Both the position numbers and the translations under genes were made by a program. Positions 8,018-15,918 of a stretch of 20,000 bases of DNA are shown in pieces. The notes beneath the pieces were generated by a model. That model was not told the origin of the DNA, did no database searches, and saw nothing but the letters and a program-made list of their open reading frames with translations. Where the stretch lies: IMG/VR virus record IMGVR_UViG_3300043774_001557. The stretch is one strand, 5' to 3'. The DNA comes from an uncultured virus (IMG/VR IMGVR_UViG_3300043774_001557). Lineage: Duplodnaviria > Heunggongvirae > Uroviricota > Caudoviricetes. Position 1 is the stretch's first letter. Every line of letters starts with the position of its first letter.

Positions 8018-8434
8018 ATGCGTAAATTTATGCTGCTCGCGGCAGGTCTTGTCGCGTCCGTTCTCGTTGGCTGCGCTTCGGCGCCGCAATTGACCTTTGG
8101 CCAGCAGGTCAGCATCGCCTGCGGCGCTGCCCAAGGCGAGTTGGCAATTCTCCGTAGCGACAACGTCTTCACTGGTGGCGCGGCCAACACGCTGACCAAC
8201 GACATCGAGCCGGCCATCGGCAAGGTCTGCGCAGCCGGCGCGACGGTAACGAGCCCCGATCTGCAAGCGGTCGTCAATTCGACTCTGCCGCTCATCAAGT
8301 CGGTTGTGGATGCGTCCTCGCTGCCGCAGGACAAGAAGAACGCAGCGAACGCGGCGATCGACACCGGCATTCTGGCATTCAACATTGCGGTCAATCTGGC
8401 GCCGGTTGCCACTTCTGGTGCTGCTGCGAAGTGA
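8018..8434 (+). CDS. Lipoprotein (lysis-associated?)
   Basis: AAGGA RBS; lipobox LVGC; two further Cys; moderately hydrophobic C-terminus. Confidence 0.75.
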   Translation: MRKFMLLAAGLVASVLVGCASAPQLTFGQQVSIACGAAQGELAILRSDNVFTGGAANTLTNDIEPAIGKVCAAGATVTSPDLQAVVNSTLPLIKSVVDASSLPQDKKNAANAAIDTGILAFNIAVNLAPVATSGAAAK

Positions 8435-8463
8435 GCGAATGTATTCGCGCGGCGTGCTAAAAT
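8435..8463 (+). promoter_or_regulatory. Extended -10 promoter overlapped by a 17-bp operator
   Basis: TGc-TAAAAT (8455-8463); TTCGCGCGGCGTGCTAA (8444-8460) matches the PL operator at 14/17; no good -35. Confidence 0.55.
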
Positions 8464-8533
8464 AGCGGAAGCCCGCAGGTGAAGCAACACCGTGCGGGCC
8501 TCCTAACCACCATTCATGATACTGGCATGAACA

Positions 8534-8611
8534 ATGGCTGCGAATGATTTTACCCCAATTGGCGCAAGATTCGGGATGCTTGAGGTAGTTGGCCGCCTGA
8601 ATTGGCTTTGA
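8534..8611 (+). pseudogene. 25-aa ORF, probable truncated N-terminus of an HNH/AP2-type phage endonuclease
   Basis: MAANDFTPIGARFGMLEVVGRLNWL-stop; GxRFGxLxV is the usual N-terminal motif of such proteins. Confidence 0.5.
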
Positions 8612-8649
8612 AGCCCCTAACGCGCAGCTAACGAAACTTCCTTTTCTAT

Positions 8650-8681
8650 AGCCCGTCCGGAGAAATCCCGACGGGCTTTTT
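8650..8681 (+). terminator. Rho-independent terminator
   Basis: AGCCCGTC-cGGA-GAAA-TCCc-GACGGGCT followed by TTTT. Confidence 0.8.
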
Positions 8682-8693
8682 GTCGTCTGGAAT

Positions 8694-9500
8694 ATGCCAA
8701 TCCCCATCAGAATCGCCCTGAGCGGCAGCGGATTTAGACTGCCAGCTCATGTCGGAGCGCTCAAAGCCGTGCTCGATGCTGATTATAAGCCCGTCGAAAT
8801 ATCCGCCACAAGCGGGGGCGCCATCGTCGCCAGCTTCTATGCAGCTGGCATTTCGCTGACCGACATGCAAGAGCTAGCGCTGACCATGGACTGGTCACCC
8901 ATGATGCGTTTCTCGCCGTGGACGCTGCTCACCAAGCAGGCCTTGTGCGATGGCGATGCGCTGCTCGATCTGCTGACCAAGCATACCGAGGGCAAGACGT
9001 TTGCGGCACTCGACGTCGATCTGAAGGTGATCGCGTCCGACCTGGCAACGGAAAAGGAGTTTGTCTTCAGTCGGGAGACAACGCCGGATGCGCCGATCGC
9101 TCTGGCGGCCCGGGCGTCGGCATCTATCCCGATCGTGTTCGCGCCGGTCACGTATGGCCAGGTGATTGCCGTAGACGGGGGGTGTGCGAACAACGTCCCC
9201 GCAAGCGTTCTGACGGTCGATAGCGTGCCGCGTCTCGGCATCTACCTGCAATCGGACGATTCCCCGCTCAAGCCCGGCAAGTACGGACTGGCTACGCTGG
9301 CCCCGCGCATCATCGACCTGATGCTGGCATCGAACGAGGCCTCACACGTCGCGCTCGATACGCACAACGGCGCGCACATCGTGCCGGTCTCAACTGGGTT
9401 CGCGGGCAGCTTTGACAAATCAATGCCGACGGCCACACGCCTGCGCCTGTTCAAGGACGGCTATGCCGCAACGCAGGCCGCTCTTGCTACCTGGGGCTGA
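8694..9500 (+). CDS. Patatin-like phospholipase
   Basis: LSGSGFR glycine loop, ATSGG nucleophile elbow, ASASIP and VDGG motifs. Confidence 0.92.
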   Translation: MPIPIRIALSGSGFRLPAHVGALKAVLDADYKPVEISATSGGAIVASFYAAGISLTDMQELALTMDWSPMMRFSPWTLLTKQALCDGDALLDLLTKHTEGKTFAALDVDLKVIASDLATEKEFVFSRETTPDAPIALAARASASIPIVFAPVTYGQVIAVDGGCANNVPASVLTVDSVPRLGIYLQSDDSPLKPGKYGLATLAPRIIDLMLASNEASHVALDTHNGAHIVPVSTGFAGSFDKSMPTATRLRLFKDGYAATQAALATWG

Positions 9501-9697
9501 CTGCGGCCAAGAAGAAGCAACCCGAATACCCGCAATGCGGGGCTTGCGCCTATTTCTTCGCGGAAGACGGCAAGTGCCGGCGCCATCTTCCGGTAATCGT
9601 CGGTATCGACGCCGACTACCAACCTATTCAGGCATTCCCTGTGCGAGAGGCTGCATCAATCGCATGCGGTGAATTCCGCCATCGTCTCAATAGCTAA
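9497..9697 (+). CDS. Small 4-Cys protein (66 aa) with apparent CTG start; not in ORF track
   Basis: TAAKKKQPEYPQCGACAYF...CRRHLP...FP...ACGEF; fills the gap exactly; CTGA overlap with the patatin stop; ends 2 nt before the next ATG. Confidence 0.65.
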   Translation: MTAAKKKQPEYPQCGACAYFFAEDGKCRRHLPVIVGIDADYQPIQAFPVREAASIACGEFRHRLNS

Positions 9698-9699
9698 CC

Positions 9700-10875
9700 A
9701 TGATCGACAGCCGACTGAAGCAATGGGCCACGCCGCGCGAAATCCAGATTCTGGAGGCGATCGAATCGGAGGGCAGTGAGCGGAGGGCGGCCAAGGCGCT
9801 CGGATTGGGCCATGGCACGATTTCCAATACCGTCGGGCGGCTGCGGAAGAGGGCGGCGCGGCAGGGGTATAGCCCGTCTCACGATATGCACCGCACCGTG
9901 CCCGATGGTTTTCTCGTCAAGGGCGTCAGCACGTACTATGACGAGGAAGGCAAACCGCGCGGGCAGTGGGTGAAATCCGCTGTTGATCGGGACCGCATGG
10001 AAGCGATCATGCGCGAGGCGTATGCGGCGATGGCAGAGACGCTGCCGCGCGTGAAGGCTGCGCCGGGGCCGATGAAGACAGATGCCGCCCTGTGCAACCT
10101 GTACACCTTCACCGATATGCACGTTGGCATGCTCGCATGGGGCAAGGAAACGGGCGGCGGCGACTGGGATCTGAAGATTGCCGAGCAGACGGTAACGGCC
10201 GCTTTTGCGCACATGGTCGATGCGGCCCCCAAAGCCGAAGTTGGTTTCATTGCACAACTTGGCGATTGGATGCATTCGGATGGGAGTAATGGGCTCCAGC
10301 CGGTGACGCCCCTGCACCACAACGTCTTGGACCAGGACGGGCGCTATTCAAAGATCGTCGCGGCATCGATCCGCATCCTGCGGCGCATCGTGGATTTCGC
10401 ATTGGAGCGACACAATCGCGTCGTCGTTCTGATGGCAGAAGGAAATCACGATTTGTCGTCAAGTGTCTGGCTTCGCGCCATGTTCCGCGCGCTGTACGAG
10501 AACGAGCCGCGCGTGACAGTGATCGACTCCGAGATGCCATACTACGTGTATCAGCACGGCCAGACAATGCTGGCGTTCCATCACGGACATCTCAAGAAGA
10601 AAGACGACCTGCCGATCCTGTTCGCGTCGCAATTCCCCAAAGTGTGGGGAAACACCACAAAGCGGTATGCTCACACCGGCCACATGCATCATGTGGACGA
10701 GAAAGAGCATAGCGGTATCACGGTGATCCAGCATCCAACGCTGTCGGCCCGCGACGCTTATGCAGCACGCGGAGGGTGGATCTCGGAGCGGGCAGCGACC
10801 GTAATCACGTACCACGAACGATTCGGCCAGGTGGCGCGCAATACGGTCGTGCCGGAGATGTTCGAAGAGGTGTAA
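9700..10875 (+). CDS. N-terminal HTH fused to a calcineurin-like metallophosphoesterase
   Basis: GSERRAAKALGLGHGTIS HTH; TDMHVG, LGDWMH, GNHD, HHGH and HTGHMHH metal-binding motifs. Confidence 0.88.
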   Translation: MIDSRLKQWATPREIQILEAIESEGSERRAAKALGLGHGTISNTVGRLRKRAARQGYSPSHDMHRTVPDGFLVKGVSTYYDEEGKPRGQWVKSAVDRDRMEAIMREAYAAMAETLPRVKAAPGPMKTDAALCNLYTFTDMHVGMLAWGKETGGGDWDLKIAEQTVTAAFAHMVDAAPKAEVGFIAQLGDWMHSDGSNGLQPVTPLHHNVLDQDGRYSKIVAASIRILRRIVDFALERHNRVVVLMAEGNHDLSSSVWLRAMFRALYENEPRVTVIDSEMPYYVYQHGQTMLAFHHGHLKKKDDLPILFASQFPKVWGNTTKRYAHTGHMHHVDEKEHSGITVIQHPTLSARDAYAARGGWISERAATVITYHERFGQVARNTVVPEMFEEV

Positions 10876-10904
10876 TGTCGCCGCGCGGGCTGTACAATGC
10901 CCAG

Positions 10905-11195
10905 ATGGACATCAAAACAATCCGCGCGCGAAATACCCGACTGCTTGCGATAGAAATGGGCGGCCTGCATGCGCTCGCCCGTCGGGCGGGCATGTCGCCG
11001 GCGTATCTCTCCCAGTGCACTAGTTTTCCCCCGATTCGGTCCGTGGGGGAGAGCGCGGCGCGCCGACTTGAGCGGTCAATGGGGAAACTCGATGGCTGGC
11101 TCGATGAGCCTCGCGAGGCGGAAGGCGAGATGCCGCTTGATCCAAGTCTTGATGAAAAATTCAAGAGCATTTGGGAGCGCATCACCAAATTGTGA
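10905..11195 (+). CDS. Short CI-repressor-like XRE HTH protein, no peptidase domain
   Basis: MDIKTIRARN...LARRAGMSPAYLSQ...VGESAARRLE...GWLD; TACAAT 6 nt before the ATG; alternative start 10875. Confidence 0.75.
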   Translation: MDIKTIRARNTRLLAIEMGGLHALARRAGMSPAYLSQCTSFPPIRSVGESAARRLERSMGKLDGWLDEPREAEGEMPLDPSLDEKFKSIWERITKL

Positions 11196-11211
11196 GGCGG
11201 CAATCTGTCGC

Positions 11212-11481
11212 TTAGTCCGCCACCCCAGTCGACCCGTCATGCGTCGGGCCGCGCCATTCGTGATCTGCGGTGCCGATCTTGACTGGCCGGACCGAATACT
11301 TCATTGCCTCTAGTAGTTCTGTTTTCAGGATAGAAACAGCCTTGGTCTGCTCTAGGGCCAGTTGCAGGGCGGCTTGTTCAATCGATATCCCGAGGTTGAC
11401 CATTTGGACTGCGCGATATGCTGCTGGATCGTCGCGCGCCAGCTTGGCGATCTCTTCCCATAGTTCGCCTTAATACATCAT
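11212..11481 (-). pseudogene. Hypothetical early gene with a premature stop near its start
   Basis: AGGAGG-G-ATG ATG TAT TAA (11472-11470), then an open frame GELWEEIAKLARDD... continuing into ORF 11212-11403. Confidence 0.55.
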
Positions 11482-11486
11482 CCCTC

Positions 11487-11699
11487 CTAGCCCGCATTCT
11501 GCGGCGCGTCTTTGCCCACCACATCCGTCCGCATGCCGACTGGCGTGTATTCGTAAGCCAGCGCCTTGACTGCATCAACGAACTCGTTTGGCACGATGAC
11601 GCGCATGTGACAAAAGCCAACGATCTCTTCATACATCCATGGGCAGCCCGATTCCATGACTTTCCGGCCAAAGTCAGTGAGGTGTGTGGTGTTGTTCAT
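11487..11699 (-). CDS. Hypothetical phage protein
   Basis: AGGAGG RBS; 70 aa; packed in the operon. Confidence 0.7.
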   Translation of the reverse strand: MNNTTHLTDFGRKVMESGCPWMYEEIVGFCHMRVIVPNEFVDAVKALAYEYTPVGMRTDVVGKDAPQNAG

Positions 11700-11707
11700 C
11701 CCGCCTC

Positions 11708-12049
11708 CTACCCAGCCGATCCCGGCTGCGTGTCCTCTACCTCATCCCCAAATCGACTCGCGACATAGGCGCGCATGGCTGCAATGAGAATCGTTGGCCC
11801 GTCACCGTAGCAGCCATTTCCCATTGCGTTCCAGCCGTGATTGTCACGCCGAATTTCCAATCGCTCGCGCTCGATGATCGGGCCACCCTGCGTCCAGTCG
11901 GTTGATGGCGAATAGCGGTCGCTGGCTGCGTTTCCGGTATCCGCGCAAACCTCCCAATCGATCGAGGATCGTTCAATCCACCACATGATCCCTGCCGCCC
12001 GCGCCACCCAGTAGTCCAGAAGCGCGCCCTGTAGATCGGCAACTTTCAT
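11708..12049 (-). CDS. DUF2591/NinX-family phage protein
   Basis: LxGALLDYWVARA, YSPSTDWTQGGPIIERE and GPTILIAAMRAYVASRFG motifs. Confidence 0.85.
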   Translation of the reverse strand: MKVADLQGALLDYWVARAAGIMWWIERSSIDWEVCADTGNAASDRYSPSTDWTQGGPIIERERLEIRRDNHGWNAMGNGCYGDGPTILIAAMRAYVASRFGDEVEDTQPGSAG

Positions 12050-12558
12050 CGTTTCCCCGCCTCCATCGCCTCGTCAATCATAGCCCGCAGATCCAGTCCG
12101 CGGCGCTCGCACTTGTACTCTTCGCCGAAATCATTCCGCTCACTGGTCATGATGACGCCAGAATCAAGGCGTCGGATGTCGGCCTCGGCACGCTCCAGTC
12201 TTTCTTCCGCCTCCCGCCGAAACTGATGCGGCGTCTTTCCTTGCTTGCGCTGCAGCGTGACAAGCAATTCTCCGACAGCCGGGTCATTGCTGGCTAGATG
12301 CACCTCAAGATAGTTCGTCGCGCCACTGTCCTTGAACTGTGCGGCGAATGCCTCAGCGAAAATCTGCGCTGCCGCTCCCTTCAGCCCAATATCCATGGAA
12401 TTTTCGTGGATCTGGATGCCGGTCAGTAGGGGATTGGCGATGGCGTCCTCCGCGCACTCCAGGCGCTCGATCAGCGCCAGCACGACGGTGGAATTGATGA
12501 GAGCCGAGAATTCCGCATCGGGCTGGCAGCCACAACTGCCCACAATCCGGCCCACCAA
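12046..12558 (-). CDS. Ead/Ea22-like phage protein, 5' end uncertain or disrupted
   Basis: DAEFSALINSTVVLALIERLE resembles the Ead/Ea22 motif; only TTG/GTG starts without clear RBS; ATGA overlap with the next gene. Confidence 0.55.
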   Translation of the reverse strand: MVGRIVGSCGCQPDAEFSALINSTVVLALIERLECAEDAIANPLLTGIQIHENSMDIGLKGAAAQIFAEAFAAQFKDSGATNYLEVHLASNDPAVGELLVTLQRKQGKTPHQFRREAEERLERAEADIRRLDSGVIMTSERNDFGEEYKCERRGLDLRAMIDEAMEAGKR

Positions 12559-12644
12559 TAACTGCCGGCAGCGAACCGGTTGGCCGTCAAGAGCAGCCCT
12601 GTCGGCAAGCCAATGGCGGCACTGAAGAATAGTTGCTTGCTCAT
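12471..12644 (-). CDS. Small hydrophobic protein, possibly a fused remnant
   Basis: GAGAGA upstream of ATG 12644; MSKQLFFSAAIGLPTGLLL...YWWAGLWAVVAAS; overlaps the next ORF by 88 nt. Confidence 0.4.
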   Translation of the reverse strand: MSKQLFFSAAIGLPTGLLLTANRFAAGSYWWAGLWAVVAASPMRNSRLSSIPPSCWR

Positions 12645-12720
12645 CGTCTCTCGGTGATATCTGCGGTTTATCGGCTGGGGATGATTATTCGTTGCTGGTG
12701 GGCGGGGCATAAACGCGCCA

Positions 12721-13110
12721 TCAATCATCCACAGCCACATCCAGCGGGCAATGCCGGCCACTGCGTTTTGGCTCGCCGTCACGGATCTGAGGGCACAATG
12801 CGTGACAGCATTCGCCGTCTTGTCCGGCTGCGCAGCGCTTCAACGAAATCGGCGTTTCCGGTTTCCCACTCCCCGTCATCGCGGGCGGTTGCGCGAAGCC
12901 GCGCCATGCTGTCATCTTGTCGCGTGCGCTTTCCCACATGTTGAACGGCCCGAGCACGCCCCTGTAGAAGAACCAGTCGTAGTGATCGGTATCCTCCAAC
13001 TTCCTCCAGTGGACAACGATGCGACAGCGCGTTCGTTTCTCGCGGCCCTCATATTCGCCCGGGCGCACTGGGTTCTGGCCCATGCCAAACCATGGCGTCA
13101 TCTCACTCAT
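12721..13110 (-). CDS. Two-module phage protein with Cys-rich C-terminus
   Basis: GAGGTGG RBS; TPWF..PVRPGEYE...WRGFAQPP module plus CAAGQDGECCHALCPQ...HCPLD module. Confidence 0.7.
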   Translation of the reverse strand: MSEMTPWFGMGQNPVRPGEYEGREKRTRCRIVVHWRKLEDTDHYDWFFYRGVLGPFNMWESARDKMTAWRGFAQPPAMTGSGKPETPISLKRCAAGQDGECCHALCPQIRDGEPKRSGRHCPLDVAVDD

Positions 13111-13402
13111 GCCCCACCTCCGGCGTTGCGGGCGGTTGGGTGCACTTGTACGCTTTGTGCCAAGCGTCTGCATTGGCTTTGGCTTCTTCTGCGGTGGCAA
13201 CAAGGCTTTCGGATGTGTTGTGTCCGAGACCGGCCCAATACCAACCCTTTGGTCTTTTCGCGTCAAAGCTCTCGGCCCACGAGACGCGAATGATGACTTT
13301 TCCACCAACGCGCAATTCATAACCACGCCGCTGTAGAACGGCTCTCAATCCAGTGGCTTTCGGAGTTTTTCTCCAGCGTGCCACTTGTTTTTTCTCACTC
13401 AT
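13103..13402 (-). CDS. Hypothetical phage protein
   Basis: GGAGAG RBS; MSEKKQVARW...; overlaps both neighbours. Confidence 0.7.
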   Translation of the reverse strand: MSEKKQVARWRKTPKATGLRAVLQRRGYELRVGGKVIIRVSWAESFDAKRPKGWYWAGLGHNTSESLVATAEEAKANADAWHKAYKCTQPPATPEVGHE

Positions 13403-13640
13403 CGCTCTCTCCAAGGGCTGCGGCTGCGCTAGGATGCCTTTGCGCTCTTTTCACTCGATCCAAGAAATGACGCAGCCGGAAGAGCGTTCCTACTGCCTTC
13501 TTGTAGTCTCCCCACGATCCAGCCATGTATCGAATGCCCCCGCAGCGCGGCCCGAACTTTGCAAGCGCGATTGAAAGATGTTGTTCTGCGCGCTCAAGGT
13601 GCTGCTGAACATCGCTGAGAACTTCGGCATCCGTCTTCAT
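13395..13640 (-). CDS. Hypothetical phage protein
   Basis: 81 aa; ATGA-coupled to the upstream gene. Confidence 0.7.
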   Translation of the reverse strand: MKTDAEVLSDVQQHLERAEQHLSIALAKFGPRCGGIRYMAGSWGDYKKAVGTLFRLRHFLDRVKRAQRHPSAAAALGESDE

Positions 13641-14806
13641 TCTCCCCGCTCCTTCTGCTGCGTGGGCGCGGCGGCGGCCTTCTCGTTCGCGGCTTTCAAT
13701 GCGGCCTCGAACGTCGTCCCGCGACCAGATACAAACAGGTCAATCTTCTCCCGCTCTTCGTCCGACAAGGCGTGCCACCACTTTGAGCTCGCATCACCCC
13801 GTTTGAGCATGACAGTGCCCCAGTTCGCTGGATTGCGAGCATTCATACTGAAATCCGCCGAGTAGAAACACCAACCCTCCGCCACCCCCGCTCGCTGGCC
13901 GGACTGGGCGGCGCGCTGGATGATGTCGGACACTTCGGCCACCCAAGAACTGCTGCGCGGCAATGCGCCCGTCACATCGTTCCAGCGCTCAAACTCCAGC
14001 ACAAATCCATCGCCAAGAAGCGACCCGCTGTCTTCGCGCTCATCCCCCACCGGCTCGGCCTGTTGCTGGGCGTTGAACGCATCCATGGCGACCTTGGCGG
14101 CGCGCTTCATGTCGGCAGTGATGGCAGAGCCAAGCGGCGCAACGAACAAGGATTCGAGTTCTTTGAACCACCACTGGTCGGCGCTGTAGTCGCTCGCCGT
14201 GTATTCGCTCGGCTCGGCCACGGTCGCGGCGTCCTCCAGGTCGTATGCCCCTAGACGTTCAGACGAGGCAACTAGATCGTCAAGGACTTTACGCTGAGCC
14301 GTTTTGCTGTCTGTCGCAGCGCTGCGAGTGAGGATTTCCTGTCTGCATGCATTCCATCCCATGACATAAGCCCAAGCTGGCTCATTGGCCATTCCGATGG
14401 GGGCATCTTCGGCATCAATTTCTTTTGGGATGCTCAACCCCACCTGCGCAGCTTCAGTCTTCCCATCCTCCACGCCTTGGCGATACCCGGTCCAATCGGG
14501 CTTGAACTTGGGCTGCGCTTCTGGGGCGGAGGGGTGGGTGTAGAGCGCATCAGTAAACTCAGAAGCCTGATCTGGCCAGTGTTCGTTCCAATGCTTTTTC
14601 ATGCCATTTGTGATCGGCATGTGCATAGGTTTTTTAGGGTTCATCCAAGCAACCGCCCCCGCTTCAGCCTGCGCGCGCAGGACTTCAGCCTCAACGGCGC
14701 GAGCAAAGCGCAAGTTCAGCGTCTTGTTGAAGGATGGATTCAAGATATCCAAGTCCTTCCACTCAAGCGATTCCCATATCTTCTGAATTTGATCAGCGGT
14801 CAGCAT
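13637..14806 (-). CDS. Mosaic multi-module early phage protein
   Basis: 389 aa; short modules typical of lambdoid early genes (FARAVEAEV, AVAWM, LYTHP, GWNACR, AAAPTQ). Confidence 0.75.
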   Translation of the reverse strand: MLTADQIQKIWESLEWKDLDILNPSFNKTLNLRFARAVEAEVLRAQAEAGAVAWMNPKKPMHMPITNGMKKHWNEHWPDQASEFTDALYTHPSAPEAQPKFKPDWTGYRQGVEDGKTEAAQVGLSIPKEIDAEDAPIGMANEPAWAYVMGWNACRQEILTRSAATDSKTAQRKVLDDLVASSERLGAYDLEDAATVAEPSEYTASDYSADQWWFKELESLFVAPLGSAITADMKRAAKVAMDAFNAQQQAEPVGDEREDSGSLLGDGFVLEFERWNDVTGALPRSSSWVAEVSDIIQRAAQSGQRAGVAEGWCFYSADFSMNARNPANWGTVMLKRGDASSKWWHALSDEEREKIDLFVSGRGTTFEAALKAANEKAAAAPTQQKERGE

Positions 14807-15180
14807 GTCTTCTTCTCCTGTTCGCGGGCGGAGTCGATGGCGCGATCCAACTCATCACCTGTCACAAGACGGACGGCAGGGATCGTGCCGACTGCGTGCG
14901 AGTACAAGGACGCATGCACGTGCGCGCATGGCGGGTTAATGTTCACGCCGTCCTTGCAGCGCAGATCAAAATTGCGAAGCCACAGATACCTCTCGGCGTC
15001 CTCCACCATCGGCGCCAAGTGCTGGTAGCAGGCGATCCACTCTTGCCATGCGTCTTCAATGCGTCCGTTGACGTAGCCACCCCACCCATTGCGCGTCAGG
15101 TACTTCGGGTTGAATCCATCGCGCTTCCCGTATTGCGTCTCGAAACCCTCACGCAGTGCTGCAATTTGCTTCTCGTTCAT
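14800..15180 (-). CDS. Hypothetical phage protein (DAERYxWLR motif)
   Basis: 126 aa; EDAERYLWLR...LDRAIDSA; coupled to neighbours. Confidence 0.75.
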   Translation of the reverse strand: MNEKQIAALREGFETQYGKRDGFNPKYLTRNGWGGYVNGRIEDAWQEWIACYQHLAPMVEDAERYLWLRNFDLRCKDGVNINPPCAHVHASLYSHAVGTIPAVRLVTGDELDRAIDSAREQEKKTC

Positions 15181-15449
15181 GCCTTTCCCTTCGTCGCGCC
15201 ATCAATGAATGCGTCGATCATCGGCTTGCCCTGGTAGAACACAGAGGAGGGAATATCGTTGGAGGTGTCGCACCACCATTGGTAGCGCTGGGCGTCTTGG
15301 AGAAGCGGAGCCAAGAAGTCGGCGCAAGCGCTCCATGCCGCCCGGGCGATCTCGTCTTTGTTGGGGCCGGTCCCGCCATCCAAAGCAACGGTGACTGCGT
15401 GACGAGCGCGCCATTTCTCAAACGCCTCGCGGATTTGATCTCTGGTCAT
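15177..15449 (-). CDS. Hypothetical phage protein, related to the downstream gene
   Basis: GAGGA RBS before ATG 15449; MTRDQIREAFEKW...DAQRYQWW...IDAFID. Confidence 0.7.
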   Translation of the reverse strand: MTRDQIREAFEKWRARHAVTVALDGGTGPNKDEIARAAWSACADFLAPLLQDAQRYQWWCDTSNDIPSSVFYQGKPMIDAFIDGATKGKA

Positions 15450-15456
15450 GTCTTCC

Positions 15457-15612
15457 TCAAATTGGGTGAGAGACGCAGCGCTCCATGCAGATCGGCCCGG
15501 CGGATTGGGCCTGCTGCATCTCCCGTTGATCTTTCGACCTGGCGCGCTTGTCCCGCTGCTCCTCGTAGGCTTGTAGCGTGTCGGCAGCGTCGTCCAGGTC
15601 AATCTTGTCCAT
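15457..15612 (-). CDS. Hypothetical protein (51 aa; not in ORF track)
   Basis: MDKIDLDDAADTLQAYEEQRDK...HPI; fills the gap between neighbours. Confidence 0.6.
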   Translation of the reverse strand: MDKIDLDDAADTLQAYEEQRDKRARSKDQREMQQAQSAGPICMERCVSHPI

Positions 15613-15613
15613 G

Positions 15614-15799
15614 TCAGCCGTGGATCAGCCACAACAAGGAAAGGGCGGCGGCACCGGTCGCAATGCCCGCGAAGAACAGAGCCACGCCGATCAGCAGGTC
15701 GTTGCTCTTCGGCAGGTCGAGCGCCGCGCCGGGGCCGTATGCCTCTTCAAGCGCCCGGCTGACGTTGTATTCGAGAATTTCCTGTGTCTGCGCTCGCAT
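15614..15799 (-). CDS. Small membrane protein
   Basis: TAATG coupling; C-terminal TM LLIGVALFFAGIATGAAALSLLWLI. Confidence 0.65.
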   Translation of the reverse strand: MRAQTQEILEYNVSRALEEAYGPGAALDLPKSNDLLIGVALFFAGIATGAAALSLLWLIHG

Positions 15800-15918
15800 T
15801 ACGCCACCCCCTGCGCCCATTTCAGAACGACCGCCACCACAAGCAACGCAGTCAAGACGCCGTACAAGACACGCCGGTTGCGCGCCTTCTCTTCGTAGGT
15901 GTAGAAACGGTCATGCAT
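15799..15918 (-). CDS. Small membrane peptide (39 aa)
   Basis: AAGGGGG RBS; MHDRFYTYEEKARNRRVLYGVLTALLVVAVVLKW. Confidence 0.6.
   Translation of the reverse strand: MHDRFYTYEEKARNRRVLYGVLTALLVVAVVLKWAQGVA

Noticed and set aside
7781..8707. 308-aa antisense ORF and similar long shadow ORFs (2077-2781, 15156-15920)
   Set aside because: Antisense to well-supported genes in GC-rich DNA; no motifs or RBS
8694..10875. CBASS system (patatin as CapV)
   Set aside because: No CD-NTase, Cap2 or Cap3 recognisable nearby
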